Both the position numbers and the translations under genes were made by a program. A model generated the notes under the pieces. It ran no database searches. It had not been told where the DNA came from and saw nothing but the letters and a program-made list of their open reading frames with translations. A DNA stretch of 64,000 nucleotides, from positions 28,789,818 through 28,853,817 of the forward strand of contig NC_069000.1 of the NCBI RefSeq assembly GCF_001194135.2. Reading direction: 5' to 3'. Positions 1 through 11,034 of this stretch are shown here, piece after piece; positions within the stretch are counted from its first letter, which is position 1, and the number at the start of each line of letters is the position of its first letter. The DNA is from Octopus bimaculoides (taxonomy: Eukaryota).

Positions 1-1554
1 AGAATAATTATTTACACCAAACTGAAGAAATCTTGTTGAATGTTTCCCAAGCATGACAACACATTCCTTGGTTTAATAATAAATCAACAAAGAACTTTTT
101 TAGAACTTTCAATGAACATTCATATCATAACACACACATCCACATACATACATGTACGCGTACGTGCGCTTCTAGAGACCTTCAGTTATGTTATGCCGGG
201 TGTCTAATTAGGGGCATCAACCCTTTATTTTAGGGACTGTGACCCAATTGAGATATGTTAAAAAGTGAAATAAGGTGACCGGACCGGCGGGACCAAATGT
301 TTACAATCACTCCACTCTAGTTTCTCGCTACACGTGATAATACTTGGCAAAGGAAAGGGATTTTTTTAAGATGTGATGCCAAACTATGAAGACCTAGTAG
401 AGGACTAACTGATAATAGATCGATCGCTCGTTCATGCAAACATATATATATATAACTAAAATACAGAACATTTAGCAATAACAAAACTGATCCATTACCA
501 TCTATATATATAAAAAGCGGGTAGCATATGTACACATACATATATACATTTACATACATGCAATAACAATTAGTTAAAAGAACGGATTAATATAACAAAA
601 TTTTACTTACCATGCTTTGTTAATGTATGTCCATTAAGTGTTTATGTAGAAATCCCATGAATATATTGAAATGAGAAAGTATGATAAGGCATAGTTGTTT
701 TTGTTTATAGTTTCGTTTTTATTGTTTTTTTTTCAACGATTTGATGAATGATTTAAGTGTGTGTTTGTGGTTATATTTGTATGTACATTCAGGCAGCTTC
801 TCTGACTGTTGTACAATTTGTATTAACAAATAGAAATTGTTTGAAAGTTGTATATTGTTAACGCATGGCGCTTTGGCTTCTTTATAAATATTGTCGATTC
901 CTTTCGGATCATTGTCAAAAGCCCCAAACTTCCTACCAAATATCTAAAGTGTATATAGATATATAGACATATATAATATATATTAGTGTATGGAATTGAG
1001 GAGTGTGACTACTGGATGGAAAACAGGCAACGTTCAAACAACTTTATACCGAAGTGGAAATAGAAGAAAATCTTAAGAGGTAGGTATTGAATTCTGTATA
1101 TGTGAGTGGGTGCGTGTGTTTGTAAAGAATTGAAAAGCAAGAGAAGAAAGTCTGAGAGCAAGCTGAAAAATATTAAAGGTTGAATTTCAAAAATGAAAAA
1201 AATATTCGCACTTGTTACACGTGTTTTGCTTTGTATTTTCTTTCTTCTCTCCTGTTGTTTTCCTTCTTTTTTTTTTTTAATCTTCCTCCAAAATATCAGC
1301 ATGGAAATGATGGTAGTAATAACAATATTAAATATGATGATGATAACAATAACACACTTGTAGCAACAGTAAGTGGTAAGGGTGCCTGATTGAGATAGGC
1401 AAGAAGAAATGAAGTAAGTTCAATAGTTAGGAGAGGCTTCGTAAAAAGGTAATAAGAACTAAGTGAAAGGGTAAAAAGTAAAGCGAAAAGAAAGGCAAAG
1501 AAAACTTCAGCTCAAACTCGGAGGAATACATGAGGGAGATGTGAGAGGAAAAAA

Positions 1555-1640
1555 AACAGCAGCAGCAGTAAACAGCAACAGTAACAACAACAATGTAACA
1601 GCTATAACAAGAACAGCAAGTAGAAGCAACGGTAACAACA
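1555..1640 (+). repeat. Degenerate (CAG/CAA)n microsatellite
   Basis: AACAGCAGCAGCAGTAAACAGCAACAGTAACAACAACAAT... seen directly. Confidence 0.8.
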
Positions 1641-1729
1641 ACCCCAAGAACTTTGGCTTTCTCGCCTTCTTTCTGACAACTTTTACTCCTCCGTCTTTCT
1701 TCGTCACATCTCTGCCTCCTCCGCCCTTT

Positions 1730-3413
1730 ATATATGTAAGTAAATAAGTGAGGTGCTGCTAGTTAGCTGGGGGGAGGGCAGTACTGCTAGCTTCTTACCC
1801 TCAAGGCATCGCACCTTCCTCTCTCACTACGATGCTATTACTACGTCTCCCACCCGTACCCTTCTCTTCTTTACCTCACCCTACCATCGCCCACACTGTT
1901 TCTCACTGTCTACTTTTTCCTTTTCTTTCACCCTCTCATACGCTCTTTAACTCCCTCCTATTTTTTTTATTTAACTTTGTTCCCTTTCCTTCAGCTTCTC
2001 CTTGTTTCTCGTTCTTTCTACTCTATTTTCTTACACCCTTGCACTTTCTTTCTGTCTTCCTAAACTTCTCATCTAAGTTTCTCAATTTTCACATACTTTT
2101 TTCTCAACCTCTCTCTCTCTTTTTCTTTTCCATATTCCTTCTATCTTTCTTTCATTTGTTCTCTTAGCATTCTCGCTCTCTCTTACATTTTCCCTTTTTC
2201 TTCCATATAACTTTCTTCATCTTAATATCCCCATCGTCCTTTCTTTATGATTCCTTTTCTCCCCCTCTCTTCCTCTTTATCATTCATTCTCTTTTCCCTC
2301 ACTTTTTTCCTTCTCTTCTACTTCCCCACTTCTCTTCTGTCAGGAAAACAGCAGTTCAGTATCAGGTATCATACTCCTGGATTTTTTCTCTCCCTTGTCA
2401 AAATAAAAATACCTCACTGATACCCTGGCGTGAGATAGAATGAGGAGGGAGGGGCCGACCCCGGGCCGAGAGGCGAGGAAGACAGCCAGCCAGTCCGGCA
2501 GACAGACAGACTGACGCGCAGACAAACAGGGAGAAAACTAATAGAGAGGAAAGGGGGAGCGAGAGGAAGGAAGTCAAGAAATTTACAAATAAGACTCAAA
2601 TAAAGCGAAAACAAGAAATCAGATGAAATATAAGGAGAGGATGGGATTAGAAATTATTAAAAACAAAACAAAATATATAAAACAACAAAAATAACCCCCG
2701 AAAATTATGGAAGAAAATAAGAAAGAGAAATGAAGGAATTTTCAAAAGGAAAGTAAAAAATTAAGAAATATATACATATATATAACTGATAGTTTTTTGT
2801 GATTATTATAGTGAGAGAGAGAGAGAAAGAAAGCAAGTGAATTAGTGCGTGAGTGAATGAATGTAAATGATATATATGTGCCTGTATGTGTGCGTGTGGA
2901 GAGAGAGGGAGGCTTAATCATTAAAAGGAAAAAATAAAGAGTGAGATAGAGAAAGAGTAAGAAGAAAAGGGGAAGTAAAAATTGATAAGTTTGGTTGGTC
3001 GTAGTTTTAGGTTTTCCCAGCCTGTCTCTGACAGATTCACTACTACGAGAAAGAGGTTAGGGGTGCTGACAATAATTTAAATAAAAGAAAGCAAAAAGGG
3101 ACAGCAAAATCGGGAAGGAGCAGAGAGAAGAGAAGATTTGAAGTTGAATCCCAAGAAAAAGACTTTCTTAGAATCCAAGAAAGAGAGTAGAATAAGAAAG
3201 TGAGATGCCACTTTCTCTGTTTTCTGTAAGAACTTTAGTCGAACCATTTTATTGTTATGAAAGATGAAACACCTTGGAAATCCCAAATCCGTGAAGGCAG
3301 AAACCCAAATCCTTGTTTCACTCTCAACCCTGCCTTCTATTTTCGTTCATAAATCTATCAAACAGTAAGAAAAAAAAAAGATCTGAAAGGGAGAGCGAGG
3401 AGGTGAGGTAAGA
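1730..3413. promoter_or_regulatory. Candidate promoter/5'UTR region of an unidentified host gene
   Basis: No recognisable TE. GC/CpG-rich patch at ~2440-2520 (GGGGCCGACCCCGGGCCGAGAGGCG), long CT- and GA-rich tracts, acceptor-like GTTTTAG/TTCCCAG at 3004-3020, donor-like GAG|GTAAGA at 3405-3413. No coding frame. Confidence 0.3.
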
Positions 3414-3621
3414 AGAAAAAGAACGCAAAGCAACAATTGTTAGAAAGCAAAGAAAACTGTTTGAGAATATCAGAGAAAATGTTTATCATATTCATATCAA
3501 ACTGAAAATCCAACTACACACACTTTCATTCATATTTGTACATGTAAATAAGTAAAAAAAAAAAAAATGAAGAATCTGGTGTAATAATATTTAATACAGT
3601 TCTATATTTAAGAGATGAGGA

Positions 3622-3860
3622 ATTATTTACATTATTTACATTTGACGAGTTCGATTCACGGCAGCGACCTGATTAATAATAGTAATAATAATAATATGAT
3701 AATAATGGTAACATCGTTAGGAATGAGAACCCAGGTTCGAAATTTCCCCAAGACACCTGACGAAGGCTGGAGGGTATATCAGCCGAAACGTTGTGTTAAC
3801 AACAAACAAGATGAGGACAAATATCCGTCAAATGTAAATAATGTAAATAATGTAAATAAT
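3622..3860 (+). mobile_element. Short Penelope-type/SINE-like element with inverted ends and a hammerhead
   Basis: 3622-3647 ATTATTTACATTATTTACATTTGACG is the exact reverse complement of 3826-3851. B-box-like GAGTTCGATTC at 3647-3657, (AAT)n spacer, hammerhead at 3752-3797, (AAATAATGT)n tail. Confidence 0.7.
3752..3797 (+). ncRNA. Minimal type I hammerhead ribozyme motif
   Basis: GACAC-CTGACGA-A-GGCTG(GAGGGTATAT)CAGCC-GAAAC-GTT-GTGTT: stem I 5 bp (one G.U), intact core, stem II 5 bp, palindromic ACGT stem III, putative cleavage triplet GUU. Confidence 0.8.
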
Positions 3861-3945
3861 ATTTAAATATAACATTCATTCCTGGAATCCCTATCAGTTA
3901 TCATTCCAAGCCTTGAGTTAATATAATAAATATGTCAATAATATT

Positions 3946-4035
3946 AGTTTCCAATTTTGGAACAAGGCCAGCAATTTGTGGGGAGGGGTAAATTGATTAC
4001 ATCAACTCCAGTACTCAACTGGTATTTATTTTATC
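3946..4035 (-). mobile_element. tRNA-derived SINE family S2, 3' half (split by the LTR element)
   Basis: Matches the 3' half of the copies at 42672-42910 and 60619-60814. Continues at 6503. Confidence 0.8.
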
Positions 4036-4327
4036 TGTGGTGTATGCGTGCGAGTAGAAGTAATCGGCTTCCCTCGGATTCCTTCTTTTGCACGAGTCTG
4101 TCCTGCGGTATCTGATCCTCGCGGCTGGCTCGACCCGAAGAACACTAGAAATAGCAGCTGCTTCTCCCAACACCCATACGATCGCTTGGCATGTCCTCTC
4201 CTCACAACAACCCCGTTCGAAAAAGGCACGAAATCCCAATCGAGGCTCCCTCGGCCCTTCTTCCTCTTCCGGTCAGCTTGCCGTTCCGGTCAGTGGTCAG
4301 CTCCCCAGTTGCTGACGTCATACCACA
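4036..4327 (-). repeat. 3' LTR
   Basis: TGTGGTGTATG...CATACCACA. About 19 mismatches in 292 bp versus 6211-6502 (hand count). Confidence 0.95.
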
Positions 4328-4399
4328 CGCCACCCTGATCTTAAAGATCACGTCCGCCCCTACTCCACTTCGAAGTCCGCCATCCAACCGGGCGGGCGC

Positions 4400-5690
4400 C
4401 TTACGCGTCGAGATCTTCCAGGTGCCTCGCTTCCCTCTCCATGCTCTTCATCCGACGAAGTGGCTATCCTGCGCAGGTCCAGCACGTGACGCGGCATTCC
4501 ATCCACGGATACATTGACCGCCGTTCCCCTGCCCCNNNNNNNNNNTGCGGCACAGATTCTTCCGCTTGTCCGGATCGGGGAGACATGTTATACCAGAAAA
4601 CCGCTTCCAGGGGCGAAATGTGCCCCCTTTCAGCCATGGCCTTGATTGTCTGATGGTGCCTCTCAACGATTCCGTTGCTGCTCGGCCTATACGCCGCTCT
4701 GAACAATCGTTGCACCTTCCACTGGTCAAGCATCTCCCCCAACGCTTCTGAACAAAATGCCACCCCGTTGTCCATTAGCAGTTCTTCCACGGGACCCCTC
4801 TCCAAGAATATCCCGTTCAAAATCCGGGCGATCTCATCAGCAATGCCTGTCCTCAACTCCCTCCAAATGGCCAGCCAGCCTGGCCTGCAGTCAACCATGG
4901 TGAGATACATTCCCTGACGGTAGTGCGTCACATCCACAGCTAGTCTCCTCCAATTGCGCTCTACTGAGAGGTTCCCTTACTCATGCCCACCCAGGGCGGG
5001 ATCAATGGACTGGCATCTGTCACAGTTCCCGACCACTTTCTTGACGTTTCTCCTAGTGACGTCAGCATCAATCATCTTTGCTAGATACAGGGTCCTATCC
5101 ACCCTCAAGTGGTGCATAGCATGCAGCTTCTTCAGTTTGGAGTCACCCAGCCGACACGCTGCCACTATCCCTTTCCTTGCTTCCCCCAGTTCCTCCAACC
5201 ACGCCCTTTTCATCCTGGTGAGTGCGTCCGCCCTGTTTCTCTCCGAAGGCACGAAAACCACGTTCAGCTTCAGTCCAAACTCGGCGATCAGCTCTCCTAG
5301 AACTCCTAGGCGGCGTTTCACCAACATCTCCGCAGCACCTTTCGTCTGGACTCTCTTCTCGCTGGTGATCACTGTTCCTACCCAGCCGACCACGGTGGCC
5401 GAATCCATCTGGATCTTGATCGAGCGCAGTCCCCATCTCAGGGCCAAGTTCACCCCTTTCTACACCGCATCTAGTTCGGCGACATTGATGTGGTTGAAGT
5501 CATCCGCTTTCCGTAGCCAGGCCACATCCTCCACCTCAGCACCTTCAATCTCCAACACAACCCCTATCGCTATACTGCTAGCATCACACCAAACCGTCCC
5601 GCATTCCGTCTTGGGTACATACCAGTTTCCCCTAACTGGGTCTTCCGCTCTCGTCTTCTCTAGGATTTCCTGCATCGATGTGTTGCATCA
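4400..5690 (-). pseudogene. pol remnant: RNase H + integrase
   Basis: VWCDASS...HINVAEL...QMDS...NRADAL (RNase H acidic residues), HAMHH...CDRC zinc finger, DVTH...VDC...MDNG...NGIVERHHQTIK (DDE core). Internal stops. Confidence 0.9.
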
Positions 5691-6175
5691 ACACACAAGC
5701 TTGTGCTACTAGCTCGCTGAGCGCCATCTTTCTCCCACCAGGCAACTGCTGCAATCGAATCCCTACGTCGTCAGGGAACCCACTCACAAACGCCAGCCGT
5801 GCCGCTCTGTCCAGGCCTTCTCCTGTAAACCCAGCCAGTATGGCCAGCCTACGCACTTCCGCTGTGTATTCGTCCACCTGTTCTCCCCCCCCCCCATCTA
5901 ACAGTCTCCAGTTTAACAAAAGCGGCGTACTCGCTCTCCGTATCTGCCTCTCTCAATCTCTGCTCGATCTTATCTGCACTTATCCTCTCTTCCTCGTCCA
6001 TCTCTAAATACAGGGTCAGGGTGCTTCCTTCCAAGTATAGCGCCATAAGACTCGCCACATCGCTTATCCCTTGCAGTCTCGCCACAAGCCTGATCTTTCG
6101 CATCCAGGCCATTACATCTCCCTCACCATTAAAAGGCCTGATCACGTCGCTGGTGATTCTGATCTTAGCTGCCAT
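5690..6175 (-). pseudogene. gag remnant (frameshifted, C-terminus deleted)
   Basis: MAAKIRITSDVIRPFNGEGDVMAW...EQVDEYTAEVRRLA...AFVSGFPDDV, a retrotransposon Gag capsid pattern. Confidence 0.8.
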
Positions 6176-6198
6176 CACGGCGAAGCTTTACATGTGGT

Positions 6199-6210
6199 GC
6201 CGAAATAGCT
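6199..6210 (-). other. Putative non-canonical primer-binding site complementary to tRNA-Phe nt 1-12
   Basis: Plus strand GCCGAAATAGCT abuts the LTR and equals the 5' end of metazoan tRNA-Phe(GAA) as recalled. No TGG follows the LTR in element sense. Confidence 0.6.
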
Positions 6211-6502
6211 GGTGGTGTATGCGTGCGAGTAGAAGTAATCAGCTTACCTCGGTTTCCATCCTTTGCACGAGTCTGTCCTGCGGTATCCGATCTTCGCAGC
6301 TGGCCCGACCCGAAGAACACTAGAAATAGCAGCTGCTTCTCCCAACACCCAGACGATCGCTTGGCATGTCCTCTCCTCACAACAACCCCATTCGAAAAAG
6401 GCAGGAAATCCTAATCGAGGCTCCCTCAGCCCTTCTTCCTCTTCCAGTCAGCTCGCCGTTCCGGTCAGCGGTCAGCTCCCCAGTTGCTGACATCATACCA
6501 CA
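6211..6502 (-). repeat. 5' LTR
   Basis: Direct repeat of 4036-4327. The terminal base differs (G versus T). Confidence 0.9.
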
Positions 6503-6619
6503 TTATCAATCCCACAAGGATGAAATGCAGAGTTGATCTCTGCAGAATTTGAACTCAGAACATAGAGACAGACAAAATGCCACTAAGGGTGTGTTAATGA
6601 TTCTGCCAGCTCACTGCCT
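6503..6619 (-). mobile_element. SINE S2, 5' half
   Basis: Reverse complement begins AGGCAGTGAGCTGGCAGAATC (A-box-like) and contains GAGTTCAAATTC (B-box-like). Confidence 0.8.
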
Positions 6620-6689
6620 TAAATAAGTTAATGATATTAGTAATTTGAACTTGCATCATAGAACAACTAGTAAAGAAACTTGATCATTA

Positions 6690-7040
6690 TAGGTGCAAGG
6701 ATAGCTGTGGGATTAGGAAGTTTACTCATCATTCCAGGTTTGATCCCACTGCGTAGCACCTTAGGTGAGTGTCTTATAATTACCTTTGGCTTGATAAATA
6801 TTTTATAAGTGGAATTTGGTTGATGATATCTGTGTTGAAGCCTGTCATGTATGCTTATGTTTGTCTGTGTCTATTTTACAATTGATTGGTGTAAAAAATG
6901 TTGTTGTGTCAAAAATGTAGTAACTTAGCCACTTGATAAATAAGTGTTAGATTGAAATAAGTAATGGGGTGGTATGATTAACTAAAACCCTTGAAGGTCA
7001 CATGGTCACAATCCAGTGAGTGAAATCAGATAAAGAATTG
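6690..7040 (+). mobile_element. Degenerate SINE family S1
   Basis: Similar to the head at 38370-38495 and the tail at 15677-15880. Confidence 0.55.
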
Positions 7041-7114
7041 TTCCATTTTGTCCTTTAATAGGAGAATTAAAGATTTTTGAAAAAGTTTATTTTAGATGAA
7101 ATTATATGATATTG

Positions 7115-7500
7115 GATGCAAGAGAGAAGACTGCACTGGTATGGTCATGTGATGCATATGGATGAGGACAGCTGCATAAAGAAGTGCCTATCTCTAATTG
7201 GGGAAGGAACCTGTGGAAAAGTGGTTCCAGGAAGACATGAGACAAGGTGGTGAGAGAGGATTGCCAAATATTGGCCTTCGCTGAGTAGATGACAAGAGAC
7301 TGAGATTTATGGCTTGAGAAGACATGTTAAGCTAAGGAAAGCTATGGTCATCCATGCATGCAGGAAAGTCCTTTACAGCCCATGCTGGTATAATGTAAAA
7401 AGCACTCAAGCTGGTTCCCCATATAAAACACTCATTCCAGTGCCATATAAACTTCACATAGGAAGCCACATAGAAAACACTCATGCTGGTGCTACATTAA
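7115..7500 (+). mobile_element. RTE LINE 3' end remnant
   Basis: Translates ERRLHWYGHVMHMDEDSCIKKC (RTE RT C-terminus), followed by degraded 3'UTR. Confidence 0.75.
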
Positions 7501-7524
7501 CAGAGAGTGTAAAAAATTCAAATT

Positions 7525-10500
7525 AAATGAATTAACCCCAGATTTGTTCAAATGTTTAATTTTTGTTCAAGGGTTAACTGCAGGAAAAGATGCTGATATA
7601 TTTTCCCGTATATTAACAAAATTAGAACAGGACCAAAAATTAACTCTACAGGCAGTGACTGAAGAATGCCAGAGGGTTATAAATTTGAGACATGACGCGG
7701 ATAAAATTGAAGAAAAAGATTGCTCTCAGATACATGCATTTCGACCTGAAGCCGATTAGAAAAGGAAAAACAAATGTCAAGACCAAATCCATGCTATGGG
7801 TGTGGAGGCTTACATTTTAGAAGTAGTTGTCCTTTCAAAATTCATAAATGTTTTGAGTGTGGAAAAATCAGACATAAAAGCTCACACTGTATAGTTAAAC
7901 ACAAAAATGGGTCAAGCAAAAAAAGAAAAAAATTTAGAAATAATGTATTGTTAAAAAAATTCTAAGTGAGGCTCAGAAAAGAAAATTTGTGTCCATAAAA
8001 ATAGATAATGTGAATATCAAGTTACAATTAGATATGGGCAGTGATATCACAAAAACTAATATAGACACATGGAGAAAAATAGGGAAACCTAGATTAAAGG
8101 AAACTTCGAAAATTGCATGAGATGAGTCAGGAAAAAAATTGCATTTTATGGGCGAAACGATAAGTGATATTTCATTTCGTGGATAAATTTTGAGAGCCAA
8201 ATTTTTTATGTTGAAAAATACGACAAATTTATTTGGAACAGACTGGACGGAAATATTTAACTTATGGGACCTCCCCATAAATTTTTTTTGTCAAAATGTG
8301 AATGGCTCTTCCGCCAGTACAAATAAGGCATCAGAGGATCTAAAAAAAGAATTAAAAAAAATTTTACCCAAAGTTTTTTCTGAGGAATTGGGTCTTTGCA
8401 CCAAAACAGAGGCAAAGTTTCAAATGAAAGAAAACACTATACTAGTATTTAAACCAAAACGAATGGTACCTTTCGCAGCATTGAAACAAGTCAACAAAGA
8501 ATTGGATAGACTTGGAAAGCTTGGCTTTATTGAAAAAATTGGTTACACAAAATGGGTGTCCCCAACTGTTTATGTCAAGAAAAAAATGATAAAATCCGAG
8601 TATGCGCTGATTTTTCAACGAGATTAAATGAATGTTTGATACCATATAATTACCCACTACCAAACCCTGAGGAAATTTTCGCAAAGTTGAATGGAGGAAA
8701 ATTTTTTTCAAAGTTGGACCTATCTGAAACATATTTGCAGGTAAAAGTTAGTGAGGAATGTTCAAAATTATTGACAATAAATGCTCATAAAAGGTTGCAA
8801 AAATTTAATTGACACCCCTTTGGTATAAAGGTAGCACCTGGCATTTTCTAACAAGTTATAGACATTATGCTTGCAGGTTCAGATTTCGCTACAGCTTACA
8901 ACACACTCATAAAAAGTGAATCTTGGGGCCAGCATGCTGAGCATGTTAAAAAGGTCTTTGAAAGAATAAAAGATTATGGGTTTAAGCTCAACGAGGAAAA
9001 GTGTGAATTTTTTATGCCATGAATAAAATATCTAGGGCAGATTATTGATGAAAATGGACGCAGACCAGACCTGTATAGGGCGAGTGCAATAAAAAATATG
9101 CCTCTTCCGACAAACATTACAAAGTTACAAGCATTTTTGAGGCTCGCAAATTACTACCAGATATACATACCAAATATGTATGATTTAAGAGCACTCCTGA
9201 ATAACTTGTTAAAAAAGATGTTAAGTGGAACAGGTCAGAAAAATGCCAAAAAGCTTTTGAAGAAATTGAAAATGTCTTAATGTCAGAATTGTTATCACAT
9301 TTTGACTCAAATTTAGAAATAGTAGTGGCAGCAGATGCAAGTGAAAGTGGTATCAGAGCTGTGATTTAGTAGCTCATGCTTTGCATTCATTATTGCTGGC
9401 TGAGAAAAGTTACAGTCAAAAAGAAGCATTAGCCATCATATTTACAGTAAAAAATTTCATAAATTTATACATGGAAGAAGGTTCCGTCTGCAGAGAGACC
9501 ACTGCCCATTATTGTTGATCTCTGGATCAAAAAAGGGTATCCCCACACATACAGCCAACAGTTTGCTGCACTGGGGAATGATCCTACTGAATTACTTCAA
9601 AATGGAGTATTTGCCATAAAAAAATTGGGACATGCAGATGGTTTGTCAAGGTTAATACCAAAATTCATTGAACCACTAGAAGATAGTGATAGTGTGTTAA
9701 AAGCCGAAAATGAAATAAAAAATATATTGTGCAATGTTGTGCATGACATTGGACCTGTGACATTGGAGGAAATAAAAATTAAGGCAGAGACGGATGAGTT
9801 TACCATAAAAGTGGAAAAAATAGTGAGATCAGAAGAAACAAATAAAAGTATATGCATGACTGGATGTAACACAATTTCAAACTTGTATTTGATATGTGAT
9901 AATGTGCTTATGTATGCACAGAGAGTCATAATGTCTACCTCACTACAAGGTCGAATGTTAAAGGAATTCCACACTGGACATCCAGGAATTTCTAGGATGA
10001 AGTTGCTTTTGAGGAGTTATGTTTACTGCCTAAAAATGGATCTTGATATTGAGAAGTTGGTAAAATCCTGCAGAGGTTGTGCTCTGGCAGCGAAATCACC
10101 ACTTATAAAATTTCAGTCTTGGCTCAAGACTGATATTCCATGGTTCAGACTACAAATAAACTTCACAGGACCATTAAACCGACCATATTATCTAATAGCG
10201 GAAGATAGATTTTCAAAATGGCCAGAAATGTGTAAATGTAGAAAACTGACACCCACGGTGACAGTGGAATTTCTACAAGAACTTTTTGCTAGGTATGGTG
10301 TTCTGGATACCATAGTCTCTGATAATGGTACACAATTCACGGTGAACAAATTTAAGAATTTTTGAAAGATGTACTCAGTTGAACACATCACCCAAGATCA
10401 AACAGGCGAGTGGAAAGCTTCATGGCTACATTTAAAAGAGCATTAAAGAAATTAAGAAACAAGCTAGTCAATGACACAGCATCAGCACAGTTCTTGAGGG

Positions 10501-11034
10501 TTTATAGGATAACACCAAACCCAAGCACTTTTTCAGGCAAGTCACCAGCAGAACTAATGTTTGCTCGAGAAATAAAGTCAATTTTTAACAAGCTGCTACC
10601 AGTAAGAAAAACAAATAAGGAAAACACTAAAAATATGACAAACCATTTTAATATCAGTGACAAGGTGTTTTTCAAAATATATATAAAATGGAAGACAAGG
10701 TTTGGAAGATGGAGTAGTAACAAAAAGAGTAGGCAAAATGACATAAATGATAAGAGGTAACAAATGTGAACACAAAAGACATTTAAACCAGCTAAAAAAT
10801 AGATATACGGAAAAAGAAAAGAGATACCTGCAGAAGTGTTCTATGACACCTTTGATGTTCCAAAGCCACAAAAAAATCAAACTTAGGCATAGCAACACAA
10901 GAAAGAGAAAACAAACAGAACGGTTGGAAGTAGTGCCTAAACGGAAGAAATATTAAACTTCCCTAGGAGGAAAATCTCAAAAAGGGAGATGTGATGAAAG
11001 AAAAATAAAGAAAAATAATAATATTAACTTCCAA
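7525..11034 (+). mobile_element. 5'-truncated Ty3/Gypsy element (K02A2.6-like gag-pol), degraded
   Basis: CCHC knuckles (CYGCGGLHFRSSC, CFECGKIRHKSSHC), protease LDMGSD, RT (KIRVCADFS, FSKLDLSETYLQ), RNase H (VAADAS, ADGLSRL), integrase (HTGHPG, CRGC, SDNGTQF). PPT AAAAAGGGAGA, then TGTGATG LTR start at 10990 running into the gap. Confidence 0.9.

Larger units (their letters stand above)
4036..6502 (-). mobile_element. Ty3/Gypsy-like LTR retrotransposon, internally deleted (no protease/RT)
   Basis: Two 292-bp LTRs, 5-bp TSD TTATC (4031-4035 and 6503-6507), minus-strand gag, RNase H and integrase remnants. Confidence 0.95.

Noticed and set aside
6199-6210. Tf1-type self-priming as the explanation for the odd PBS
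   Set aside because: The related GAAATAGC in the LTR is a direct repeat on the same strand, not complementary to the PBS in the RNA.
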